Made by a program: the position numbers and the translations under genes. Of a stretch of DNA of 64,000 bases, positions 1-12,300 are shown piece after piece (the stretch's first letter is position 1; every line of letters begins with the position of its first letter). The stretch is from Ylistrum balloti (lineage: Eukaryota), in NCBI RefSeq assembly GCF_031769215.1, contig NW_026782195.1, positions 930,001-994,000 on the forward strand. Direction: 5' to 3'. The notes under the pieces are model-generated. The model saw only the letters and a program-made list of their open reading frames with translations. It made no database searches and was not told the origin of the DNA.

Positions 1-1779
1 GATTTCCCATGCCTACACACGTTAACCTGTCAATGTCCTGTAGGTTATGATTTCCCATGACTACACACGTTAACCTGTCAATGTCCTGTAGGTTATGATT
101 TCCCATGCCTACACACGTTAACCTGTCAATGTCCTGTAGGTTATGATGACCCATGCCTACACACGTTAACCTGTCAATGTCCTGTAGGTTATGATTTCCC
201 ATGCCTACACACGTTAACCTGTCAATGTCCTGTAGGTTATGATTTCCCATGCCTACACACGTTAACCTGTCAATGTCCTGTAGGTTATGATTTCCCATGC
301 CTACACACGTTAACCTGTCAATGTCCTGTAGGTTATGATGACCCATGTCTACACACGTTAACCTGTCAATGTCCTGTAGGTTATTATACACACGTTAACC
401 TGTCAATGTCCTGTAGGTTATGATTTCCCATGCCTACACACGTTAACCTGTCAATGTCCTGTAGGTTATGATGACCCATGCCTACACACGTTAACCTGTC
501 AATGTCCTGTAGGTTATGCTGACCCAGCCTACACACGTTAACCTGTCAATGTCCTGTAGGTTATGCTGACCCAGCCTACACACGTTAACCTGTCAATGTC
601 CTGTAGGTTATGCTGACCCATGCCTACACACGTTAACCTGTCAATGTCCCGTAGGTTATGATGACCCCTACACACGTTAACCTGTCAATGTCCTGTAGGT
701 TATGCTGACCCATGCCTACACACGTTAACCTGTCAATGTCCCGTAGGTTATGATGACCCATGTCTACACACGTTAACCTGTCAATGTCCTGTAGGTTATG
801 CTGACCCATGCCTACACACGTTAACCTGTCAATGTCCTGTGGGTTATGCTGACCCATGCCTACACACGTTAACCTGTCAATGTCCTGTAGGTTATGATTT
901 CCCATGCCTACACACGTTAACCTGTCAATGTCCTGTAGGTTATGCTGACCCAGCCTACACACGTTAACCTGTCAATGTCCTGTAGGTTATGATTTCCCAT
1001 GCCTACACACGTTAACCTGTCAATGTCCTGTAGGTTATGATTTCCCATGCCTACACACGTTAACCTGTCAATGTCCTGTAGGTTATGATTTCCCATGTCT
1101 ACACACGTTAACCTGTCAATGTCCTGTAGGTTATGATTTCCCATGCCTACACACGTTAACCTGTCAATGTCCTGTAGGTTATGATGACCCATGTCTACAC
1201 ACGTTAACCTGTCAATGTCCTGTAGGTTATGATGACCCATGCCTACACACGTTAACCTGTCAATGTCCTGTAGGTTATGATTTCCCATGCCTACACACGT
1301 TAACCTGTCAATGTCCTGTAGGTTATGATGACCCATGCCTACACACGTTAACCTGTCAATGTCCTGTAGGTTATGCTGACCCAGCCTACACACGTTAACC
1401 TGTCAATGTCCTGTAGGTTATGCTGACCCAGCCTACACACGTTAACCTGTCAATGTCCTGTAGGTTATGCTGACCCAGCCTACACACGTTAACCTGTCAA
1501 TGTCCTGTAGGTTATGCTGACCCAGCCTACACACGTTAACCTGTCAATGTCCTGTAGGTTATGATTTCCCATGCCTACACACGTTAACCTGTCAATGTCC
1601 TGTAGGTTATGATTTCCCATGCCTACACACGTTAACCTGTCAATGTCCTGTAGGTTATGCTGACCCAGCCTACACACGTTAACATGTCAATGTCCTGTAG
1701 GTTATGATTTCCCATGCCTACACACGTTAACCTGTCAATGTCCTGTAGGTTATGATTTCCCATGCCTACACACGTTAAC
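1..1779. repeat. 48-bp tandem minisatellite, about 37 copies, runs off the left edge
   Basis: Unit gttatgatttcccatgcctacacacgttaacctgtcaatgtcctgtag, with variants gatgac, gctgac and 47-bp cccagcc copies. The 16-aa periodicity of the minus-strand ORFs agrees with a 48-bp unit. Confidence 0.97.
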
Positions 1780-1891
1780 TTGTAACTTCGACTGCATGAC
1801 AGGATTGATAGAGGAATCACGACAAGAAGAACAGAATAATCCTCCCACCCGTCCCAACAAAAGTTTCATCAACGGACACTTCTTGTTTTAG
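1749..1891 (+). CDS. Possible terminal coding exon of an unidentified upstream gene
   Basis: After the last tcctgtAG of the array (phase 1) the frame reads (G)YDFPCLHTLTCNFDCMTGLIEESRQEEQNNPPTRPNKSFINGHFLF* to TAG at 1889-1891. Family not recognised; upstream exons would lie outside the window. Confidence 0.35.
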
Positions 1892-4800
1892 TAAATAGTA
1901 CTTTTAAACATTCGATTGTCAAAATCGAGCAGAGGTTTAAAGTGTGCGTCGATCTTGAAAGAATGAAAACACACACACTCACAAAAAAAAAAAAAAAACG
2001 AAAAAAGAAACAAAAAAACTACGAAGGCAGAAACTATTTGACCCGTGCCCTGACCAGGCCTCGAACACACAATCTTAGGCATCAAGTTACAAGGCATCTA
2101 CTGACGGTTGGTACCGTACAGCGTAATTCGAGGACTGGTAATGGATCAAGTGAAAATGCCGACATACTGTAGGAAAGATGAGATAAATACATGGCATAGC
2201 ATGCATAAGCTTACACAATGATAGAATTATACACATATTTTATTCTGCACGTTGATATAAACCACATTTGTATTGTATGTTGATACAAAATAAACAAATA
2301 TTTTTACATTGGCGTTATTTGAGTTGTACATTTGAGTCTGATACGTCGCCAGAGTAATTTTATACCGATGTTAATGAAATGTAAAGTGTAATTCATTTCC
2401 TTTGGGAAACATTATAGTTCCGATTTTGAAAGTTGATTGTCTGATTGACAGATTTTCCGTCTCTGTGACTCCTCCCCTGTCCGGGTATCGTCTTACCGAC
2501 GAACGTCAGCGTACTGGCCACTCTTGATTGGTTGCCAGGTTTTCCGTCTCCGTGACTCCTCCCGTGTCCGGGTATCGTTACACCAACGAACGTCTCCGTA
2601 ACTCCTTCCGTGTCCGGGTATCGTCTCACCGTCGAACCTAAAAGTTTTTGCGATGTTCATAAATGAAAGTGTTTTGACCATGCATGTGTATGAAATCACC
2701 AAATCCACATTCCTTTTCGATAAATAGAATTAAAACATATATAGGGATCGAAGGGATAATAGCTGGGCAACCTGTACATAATGCCTTAGATGAGGCATAT
2801 CATATAACAAACCTCTTCGTCTTTTCCTTTAAAATGAACACAACATGGGACGAGTGATATTTGTTTTTTTTCCTTTTATACACCACATTTTCAAAAACTG
2901 TAAAAAAAACCTGCATGTATTTCTAGTGTTTCTATGTGGGTACATTCTCGTTATTGGTGATATGGGAACAAATCAAGGCTAATTGAAACTGTTTTTTGAA
3001 AACATCTTTTGAAACTACTTGGTAGATTGGATGTCTTGCTTTGAGTTCCAGTATTCCGTGGTTATTGGTTTCTTTATTAACCCGTATTGATAAGTATCGC
3101 CAAGAAGCCTTTGAATTTGCTTATAGTCATTGGTCTCCACTTACGAAGTCTAGCGTGGAGCGACAAGCCAGGTTTTCTCATATTATCGTCTTGCCTATCT
3201 GAGAATACAGAAAAGAAACTTAATTATGTGTCTCGTGTGTTTTATCTATTTTTCAATTTCAATTTGTTAATTTATCAAACTCTTTCCAAACCTTATCGTT
3301 TTTGTAATTGAATTGAAACCAGTAAACCTTTGTTGAATAGGAGAAAATCTATGATTCTTGATAATCATATCGGTTTTCGCGCATTTTTACGATGTTGTTG
3401 AAAAGGGTCTTTTAGCTTGATCTCATGATTTGACGCCAATATTCAATTAGAAAATTAAATACATAGGCGTAGATAATATCTTGCTAAATGCAATAATATC
3501 TACACAAAATTTAAACGTAGAATTATTGGTATACTACCGCGAAATACAATGCTACAATGTGTAGGAAGTTGGTGTTATGAAGAACAGTATTGTAGACATT
3601 AACTGTTTGTCTGTCTAACTATTTTCGAATCAACGTCATGTTAAATACTAGGTTGAAGAAAGCTGCTGGAGATGTCGTCTGGGCAGTGATATTCCTTGTT
3701 CCAGCATTAAAAGATAAAAAAGGATGTTTCCTCTGTGGTTCTGTTGGCAAAGCGTGGAACCACGGCACCGCCATGTTTAAAAAAAAGTTGTATTTCCTCT
3801 ATGGTGACGTTCAACACAACAAAATGACGTAATTTTTACTCCATAATGACCTCAGTTCTCAGGTGATGACGTCAAATGGATACGAGATATAACTTTTCTT
3901 AGGTGTAATAAATAAATACAGGAATCAAAAGTCCATTTTTGGCTCACCTGTATCGGCCCGAAATCGGCTCGATGGAACTCAACGAAGTAGTACAATCGGC
4001 CAAAAATCAGCTCAAAATCGGCCATGTGGAACATAACACGCTAAAAACACAAACTTCATTATCTTATCTCCAGTATAGAATAAAAACAAACATCACCTTC
4101 CCATTTTAAAATAATTTGAGCATAAAAGTGATAAAATTGTCGCAATATCAACAAAATTCAACAAGAACATAAGAAATTACACAATCTTGTTCGAAACGGT
4201 CATTCATATGATATAAGCCAATTAAAACGCTTCTTTCAATCATTGATGACGTAAAAGCAGTCACGTTGTCGATAAATTGGGGTCAGAATGTAGATCAAGG
4301 CATTTGAAAATGCTTGAAACGTTTCTCTGTGTGAATGATTTGTTGTTGTTTATATTCATTTCTAGCGTACACACACGTAATTCGTCATCATTACCTCCGA
4401 ATGGTAAAGGTATTTTAACCCAACAGTTTAGACGAAATGTTGATAAATCAACAGGCACCGTAGAGAGATCGTAAAGAGAGACTCATCCGAGGTTGTCAGT
4501 ACGTTTCCTTGAAATCGAGATTGGGATTTATTTATCACTCTCTATAGAATTATCCTGTAAAGGTAGGAGACAATACCATGTGACATGATTACATTTCATT
4601 GTGTTATTATCAACTGAAGTTGATCCCTGGATTGAGAATGTCACCTTATCGAATTTCTGAAATTACTGACAAACGACAGACTCACTTAAAACGGAGGAAA
4701 GACAAATCGGATTTTGCCACAAAGACTGTTATTATCGTTCTCTCCACTTCACATTTCAATGACACATTTTAGCATGTAATTATGATGAATTTCACCATCG

Positions 4801-5619
4801 TCGATGTCGCAGATCTGACTCAGCCGTAAAGATAGCCGCCATGTTGGGCTTCCGTCAGACTTCATTAATGTATCTCGGGATCATGAAAATTATCCAACAT
4901 AAAAACGGGCTACATAACAATTATTTTAGAATTAATATTTAATATATTAAAACTTATATCATGTGTTAACTTACACAAGCAGCTTCACGTGCTCAAAGAG
5001 ATCATTTGTCATTTAGACGCAAGGTGAACGACCAGGAGCAGATTTTTTTGCTTCATCAGCAAGTATCCTTAAGGCGTTCACAAACCGTGCTTTTGTTAGG
5101 CTTAGTCTTGATGTTTCTTTAATTTTGTCCTTTCGAACCATGAACAGCCTTCAGGGATAACTGAGAGCAGTATTGATCCACAGCCCACATTTGGTTTCCT
5201 GCAAATGATGGCCTCATATACAGAACGTACGTTGCTCTGTCCTGTATCCAATTAACCGTACGTGACATTACCTTTGTTGTTAATGACCGGTTGTATTTCG
5301 CTCACAAGCGGGAAGAGTACTTAGCATCTCGTTTGTGCCCAGTAAATCAAACACAATCCGTTCATACACGGCGGCTGGATCGCGTGCTTTACAAAAACGT
5401 CTCGTGCAAACCCCGCGTACCCCAAGTTTCTATAAGATATCATAATCACTGATATTGTACTCGCCGGACTGGTTTTAAGTGAAAATAATCATCATAAATT
5501 AATGAAATATATTTACTTCTCGGCCAAGTAAATATTCATCATTTCTACTTATACACAAACAGTTGTGTGTTTGATAAATAATTATCAAACACAAGCCCCT
5601 GGCCCCTATGAATTTCACC

Positions 5620-5880
5620 CATCGTCACTCGCACGCTCAGTAACTCGTCAATCACTACTGAGCTCAATAACTTATCACACACAATCACTTGAGCGCTCAA
5701 TACCGTATCATACACAGTATTTCGGGTGCTCAATAACTCATCATACACAATCACTCGTGAGCTCGATAAATACTTTTCTTCCCACACAGTCACTCGTGCG
5801 CTCAACGAAAGTTATCGCACACAAATACCCAAGTGCCCAATAAACACAAATTATACCCAGCCACTGGCGTGTTCTTTGCT
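5620..5880. repeat. Degenerate ~33-bp tandem repeat, about 7 copies
   Basis: Recurring gctcaataac(t)tatcacacacaatcact-like motif with heavy divergence. Confidence 0.5.
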
Positions 5881-6017
5881 TAAGTCAACAATCATGACAC
5901 TGTATAGAAAAGCAATCTTTAACTTCATCTATCACGTCTACCAGAATTATATATATATATGTACATACTGTTTCAAAATTTGATTTCTCCAAAACATATA
6001 ACTGAAAGACAACAAAC

Positions 6018-6680
6018 GGAAGAGACAATGATCTTATATAACATAAAGGAAGAGACGATGACCTCACATCACGTGAAGGAAGAGACGATGACCTCACATC
6101 ACGTGAAGGAAGAGACGATGACCTCACATCACGTGAAGGAAGAGACGATGACCTCACATCACGTGAAGGAAGAGACGATGACCTCACATCACGTGAAGGA
6201 AGAGACGATGATCTTACATCACATGAAGGAAGAGACGATGATTTTACGTCACATGAAGGAAGAGACGATGATTTTACGTCACATGAAGGAAGAGACGATG
6301 ATTTTACGTCACATGAAGGAAGAGACGATGATTTTACGTCAAATGAAGGAAGAGACGATGATTTTACATCACATGAAGAAAGAGACGATGATCTCACATC
6401 ACGTGAAGGAAGAGACGATGATCTCACATCACGTGAAGAAAGAGACGATGATCTTACATCACATGAAGGAAGAGACGATGATTTTACGTCACATGAAGGA
6501 AGAGACGATGATTTTACATCACGTGAAGGAAGAGACGATGATCTTACATCACATGAAGGAAGAGACGATGATTTTACGTCACATGAAGGAAGAGACGATG
6601 ATTTTACGTCACATGAAGGAAGAGACGATGATTTTACGTCACATGAAGGAAGAGACGATGATTTTACGTCACATGAAGGA
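6018..6680. repeat. 30-bp tandem minisatellite, about 22 copies
   Basis: Unit gaaggaagagacgatg(acct/attt)(cacat/tacgt)cac(g/a)t; produces a 10-aa periodic ORF on both strands. Confidence 0.97.
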
Positions 6681-7189
6681 GGTGATCATTGTTATACATC
6701 TTTCTTGCCATAATGTAATTTTGTGAACAGACAATAGACATTATTTTTGTCCATTAATGGTCGATACTAAATATGAAACTAAGCGCTCTAGATGATATAG
6801 CAATCATAACGGCACTGATTCCACGAGACGTGAAACGTTGGATACAGGGCAATGGATCTAAGCTGATCAACCTGATGTTAATAAAAATGCATTATAAATG
6901 TGAAACGAATCCCAAAGCTCACCCACATTCAACTTTCAGACGTTAATATCTGTTTTACATTAAACATATCCATCCAATTACGTAGGCATGCAACTTCGTG
7001 ATTTCATTTGACACACTTTCCAGAAATGGATTTATCGTGATTTTATTACCCGAATAATAAATGTTGATTAATTTCCCACAACGTGAAGGATGTTTCTAGC
7101 AATGAAAGATATGTTGGATCGAGGTTTAGTAGACAATTTGGATTACGCCTTTGCATAATTGTTCGTTTTCTCTGTTATGGTCCTTTCAA

Positions 7190-7502
7190 GGGAAAAGGTC
7201 GGACATTAAGGAAAATATCGACAGGAAAGGAAAAGGTCGGTCATTGAGGTAAACATCTCCGGCTAGAGAAAATGTCGGACATTAAGGTATACATCGGTAG
7301 GTAGGGAAAAGGTCGAATATTAAGGTATACATCGGCAAGTAGTCATGTGTAATGACCGACCTTTTCCTTAGCTGCCAATGTTTACCTCAATGACCGACCT
7401 TTTCCTTAGCTGCCGATGTTTACCTTAATGACCGACCTTTTCTCTAGCTGCCGATGTTTACCTTAATGACCGACCTTTTCTCTAGCTGCCGATGTTTACC
7501 TA
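7190..7502. repeat. Inverted (fold-back) array of a 38-bp unit
   Basis: 7351-7502 holds 4 copies of aatgaccgaccttttctctagctgccgatgtttacctt. 7190-7342 holds about 4 more diverged copies of its reverse complement (gaaaaggtcggtcattgaggtaaacatc...). Confidence 0.9.
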
Positions 7503-8002
7503 AATAAAGAGAGGGTCTTTCAAAGCTTAACTGAAATAGCACGGTTCATTGATCAGATACCACCGCTGTCATCTCCAGAATTTGATGCATTGAATGTATG
7601 AAATAAAGATGATAATGAGTGACGTTCGACCAAATTAAGAAAAATTCGGATTATGGATTTTGCACTTGAATTTGCGTCATACGGTGTATAATCTTAATTG
7701 GAACCTGAAGGCATAATGAAATGCAGTATATATATATAACAACAAACACAATTTGATCATTTGCAATATGTACTGAACTGTATCGTGAGATGTTGATGAC
7801 AGACATAACAAGAGCAAGTGCCAATAACAACCTTTACCTTTCTGAATCCTTCCTGCACTAGTTCTACTTGTCCAAATGTACACAAGGTCTAGATATAGGA
7901 TCTGATTGGTTACCTGTATATAGGATATTGACAAACTTCAGCTCTGTTCAATTGCATCTCATTTCTCACTTTTCAATCCTGATTAAGCAGAATATATATA
8001 TT

Positions 8003-8773
8003 CTAATCTTTCACTTGTACCGCGTCATCTTGTACTGGGGGTTGATGGAACGTGACCTTTCCGGGGGCTGGCTGGACATTCTTCAGTTTGGATGTGGCAG
8101 GGATCGTCATTTCGATGGGACTCTTTGGTCCCGGTTCCTCTCCGAGATTCACACGGATGGCATCGTCGTAATCATCGTCGCACGAACAACGACTGGCCAG
8201 GATGCTGGGTAAGAGAAGGGCGGAGGCCAGCAGGACTCCTCCTGTACAGAACAGAATTAAGCCAATAAGCTTACACAGGTCCAGGACTGCGTTGTAGGAC
8301 ATAGCTCGATGATCGACCACCGCCACATTGTCGCCGTGAATCAATTTCCGTATGATGGGTTTCTGCGGCACGAAATAGCCCACGAGTATACCTATCATTC
8401 CGAAGAGAAGAAGGTTGACTCCACACCAGACACAAACCTTAAGCCATATCGGGGGACACCGCCGACGGCGTTTGGCCGATGGGTTCAACAACAACCGTAT
8501 GTCGTCATCCTCTTCGTAGATCTGAGGATCCTTATACACATGGTTGTCATAGAAATCATGAAGATAGGATTTCACTCCGAAATAATCCGGACAAACATGT
8601 CTGCGTTTAGGATGACCTGAATCAGTATACTGTTTGCTTGTTTTTTTACTTCCGGTTCCGATACCGCCAGATTTTTTCAAAAGTTCGTGTTTCTCCTCCG
8701 CATGGCTTGCAGTGTTCGCAACTTCCGGTTTTTGTTGTTTTGTTTGGTCCGAAGTTTCAATGTTTTCGGACAT
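8003..8773 (-). CDS. NRSN1: Neurensin family vesicular membrane protein (256 aa, single coding exon)
   Basis: Neurensin motifs FGVKSYLHDFYD, YEEDDD, WLKV, LVGYFVPQK, VVDHRAMSYNAVLDLCKLIGLILFCTGG and C-terminal IPATSKLKNVQP mirror vertebrate NRSN1 (YGVRSYLHQFYED...VTLSRVQNVQP). ATG at 8773; splice acceptor tttcAG near 8860 lies upstream in the 5'UTR. May be the co-orthologue of NRSN1 and NRSN2. Confidence 0.93.
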   Translation of the reverse strand: MSENIETSDQTKQQKPEVANTASHAEEKHELLKKSGGIGTGSKKTSKQYTDSGHPKRRHVCPDYFGVKSYLHDFYDNHVYKDPQIYEEDDDIRLLLNPSAKRRRRCPPIWLKVCVWCGVNLLLFGMIGILVGYFVPQKPIIRKLIHGDNVAVVDHRAMSYNAVLDLCKLIGLILFCTGGVLLASALLLPSILASRCSCDDDYDDAIRVNLGEEPGPKSPIEMTIPATSKLKNVQPAPGKVTFHQPPVQDDAVQVKD

Positions 8774-9770
8774 GACCCTCCTCCTCTCAGGGAGAGTAGA
8801 TATTCCACGTGCAGTCAGCACCACAAGGCGCTAACTATGGAACAAGATATTCCATTACCTGAAACGAGAGAATCCGTGATAAACTTAACATTTCCGAAGA
8901 CACAGAAATATCTTGCGTGTCAAGTTTTTACGTCAATGTCGTCTATCTGCTGTAAGACTAATCCGTTCAATGCTGAGTAAATTGGCACGTGAGAATCACC
9001 CCTGACTAGCCTATAACGCGAAGCACACCTATCGATTTTGGACCACGAAGGAAAATATCGGATCAACGCCCACACTTTAGCATTGTTTATCGAAACTCTA
9101 CTGTTGCCCTTACAGACAAATTTTAGCCTGCAATCTCTATGGATTTTTATTGCTAACAAAACCGTAACACACATTCATTGTTGTTAACGATGATGTTGTT
9201 TCCGCTGGAGTACGTAGATCTGTGTGACAATGACGTCAGACTGCCTTATTTATCAATGGAAATGTCCATGTGACACATGACAAACAAACGTTTAGATGAG
9301 TTTGATAATGAAGCGGTGATGATGATGATGGTCTAGTATTCATTAAAATTGTCTCTCTATATATAGCTGGGTGTGTCTATTACAAAACCATAAGGATTCC
9401 CCACAATTCTCTTCAGAACATACGACCTATGTATCAAGACCAAATACAAGTCTGGATGATTAATTACTTGTTCTTTGGGGTCTGAACAACATCAGTCAAC
9501 ATGCCTTTTTCCAACAAACTACATGCCCCTTCAGGAGATCATTTTTTTCAACGTGACATTCTTCTTCGATTTTTAGATAAAATTTTGAAACAATTTACTT
9601 TTGTACGTGTGTATCTGTCGTGATTTCAAGTAAACGTGTCCATTTCAACCTTGTTCATAAGTAATAAGATTTATAGTTTTACACGTAAACTTCACGTTTA
9701 GTTTTCTGCACTGAAATTGATATTTTGAAATTCGTGATTCACCCATGTACTACCATTTTGAAACGTATTA

Positions 9771-11162
9771 ACATGTTTCACCCGTTACCGATATTCTGTA
9801 ATTCGTGTTTAGATATTTCACCCTGTCCCGATATTTTGTAATTCTAGTTCAGACGTTTCATCCTGTACCGATATTTGTAATTCGTGTTAAGATGTTTCGC
9901 CCTGTACCGATGTTTGTAATTTGTGTTAAGATGTTTCACCCTGTACCGATATTTGTAATTCGTGTCAAGATGTTTCACCCTGTACCGATATTTGTAATTC
10001 GTGTTAAGATGTTTCACCCTGTACCGATATTTGTAATTCGTGTCAAGATGTTTCACCCTGTACCGATATTTGTAATTCGTGTTAAGACGTTTCACCCGTT
10101 ACCGATATTTTGTAATTCGTGTTAAGATGTTTCCACCCGGTACCGATATTTGTATTTCGTGTGAAGACGTTTCACCCTGTACCGATATTTGTAATTCGTG
10201 ATAAGATGGGTAACCCGTCACCGACATTTGTAATTCGTGTTAAGGTGTTTCATCCTGTACCGATATTTTGTAATTCGTGTTAAGATGTTTCACCCTGTAC
10301 CGATATTTTGTAATTCGTGTCAAGATGTTACACCCGTTACCGATGTTTGTAATTCGTGTTAAGACGTTTCACCCTGTACCGATATTTTGTAATTCGTGTT
10401 AAAATGTTTCACTCTGTACCGATACTTTGTAATTCGTGTCAAGATGTTTCACCCTGTACCGATATTTTGTAATTCGTGTTAAGATGTTTCACCCTGTACC
10501 GATATTTGTAATTTGTGTTAAGATGTTTCACCCTGTACCGATGTTTGTAATTAATGTTAAGATGTTTCACCCTGTACCGATGTTTGTAATTAATGTTTAG
10601 GTGTTTCATCCTGTACCGATATTTTGTAATTCGTGTCAAGATGTTTCACCCTGTACCGATGTTTGTAATTAATGTTAAGATGTTTCACCCTGTACCGATA
10701 TTTTGTAATTAATGTTAAGATGTTTCACCCTGTACCGATGTTTGTAATTCTAGTTCAGACGTTTCACCCGTTACCGATATTTTGTAATTCGTGTTAAGAT
10801 GTTTCACCCTGTACCGATATTTTGTAATTCGTGTGAAGATGTTTCCACCCTGTACCGATACTTTGTAATTTGTGTTTAGATATATTTTACCCTGTACCGA
10901 TATTTTGTAATTCTAGTTCAGACGTTTCACCCTGTACCGATACTTTGTAATTCGTGTCAAGATGTTTCCACCCTGTACCGATACTTTGTAATTCGTGTTA
11001 AGATGGGTCACCCTGTACCGATATTTGTAATTAATGTTTAGGTGTTTCACCCTGTACCGATGTTTGTAATTCGTGTCAAGACGTTTCACCCTGTACCGAT
11101 GTTTGTAATTCGTGTCAAGATGTTTCACCCTGTACCGATACTTTGTAATTCGAGTTAACATG
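9771..11162. repeat. 39-bp tandem minisatellite, about 35 copies, in the presumed 5'UTR intron of neurensin
   Basis: Unit gatgtttcaccctgtaccgatatttgtaattcgtgttaa with 1-bp indel variants. Confidence 0.96.
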
Positions 11163-11993
11163 ATTTACACATGCATTGATACGTGAATTTGATCATGTCA
11201 GGAAAATGTTTCAAATCTGAACTAAAATTACACTATAATTTTGTATGTAAAATGATGAGTTTAAACCTGATGGCCAATACGGGTTGATTTGAAATTTGAA
11301 AATGGTAAGAAATATCGTTATATTCTCGGCTCTTATAGGCTGTCCAGCTTATCACTTCATATGTGTTCGGTTACATTATTACGCGAGCTGCATCTAATAT
11401 CTCGTCACAAACAATGCACGTACCAGAACAGTGACATATCTAAATAAACAACCAGAATTGAAAAAAAAATAAAACATTCAATGATAGAAAATATTATAAA
11501 ATTTGTAAAAAAAAAAAAAAAATAGTGGTAACATTTATTTTAAAATAGCATTAATAGAATGATGATATAACATTAATGCAGCTCTCCAAACTGTGATTGG
11601 GTAAATCAGTGTTTGAAAACATACAGTCCTAAGATATGTTGTTAATCCTTGTCTTCTTAATATAAACTAATCTATTGCCATATATTTCGGCACCACGGAT
11701 TTCGATAGTGAATTTCACCGCTATAGAAGATAAAACGGAAGATAACTTTCTCCAAAGTAGAGCAATAGAGAATATAAAAGCAATGATTTTTAAAATGTTC
11801 ATGTAGTTATTCGATATATAGAACCAGGCTAAAAATGCGTGGGTAGTTTGTGTTAAAACAGCAATGCTTTAGAACTGGTTATCATGGAAATCAATTTATA
11901 TATATATAGGGATATATTTCATCCAACAAAATTGTGAAAAAAAAAACATACAAAATGATGTGGAATATGCTAGAAGAAAAAATGTTTACTTAC

Positions 11994-12300
11994 AGTAGTA
12001 GATAAATTGTTGAGATCTCAGAAAACACGCTCTATCTTGTGGCAGCCATGTTGGTTGAGACTGAGCAGCTGAGGCGGGGTATTGGTTGACGGAAACGCGG
12101 ATCGATATTCCAGAACGGTCAAGTTCGATATCACAGCTCCGTGGTAGATAGCCTTGGGTCGTGTTTTGTTTGTTCAAAAAGCCACGGAGGAGCAAGAGGC
12201 TAGCGCTGATCAAATGTGGTGTGAAATCTGAAGCTAGTTAGATTTACTCAGCTTCGTCTGCGATGTGGCATGAACGTAGCTGGAAATTTATAGTTCTGTG
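11994..12300 (-). other. Probable non-coding first exon of neurensin (upstream boundary approximate)
   Basis: Local GC-richer island ending in a strong minus-strand donor (ct|GTAAGT, G at 11993) that could pair with the acceptor near 8860. No transcript evidence. Confidence 0.4.

Noticed and set aside
1-1779. CRISPR-like appearance of this and other regular arrays
   Set aside because: Units are contiguous with no unique spacers, there are no cas genes, and the DNA is eukaryotic.
633-1820. Minus-strand ORFs with MGNHNLQDIDRLTCVG repeats
   Set aside because: Translation of the 48-bp satellite; broken by 47-bp units, with no unique coding context.
3640-5450. CpG-richer stretch with short ORFs, aaatcggc repeats and a gccgccatgttg (YY1-like) motif at 4835-4846
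   Set aside because: No frame or splice chain gave a recognisable protein; probably decayed transposon or promoter sequence, but unsupported.
5885-6726. 255-aa and 180-aa ORFs (KEETMTSHHV / SSSLPSCDVK)
   Set aside because: Both strands are open only because the 30-bp unit lacks stops; no splice or homology support.
8774-8824. Longer GTG-initiated N-terminus for neurensin in the ORF track
   Set aside because: Animal genes start at ATG; the first in-frame ATG is at 8773.
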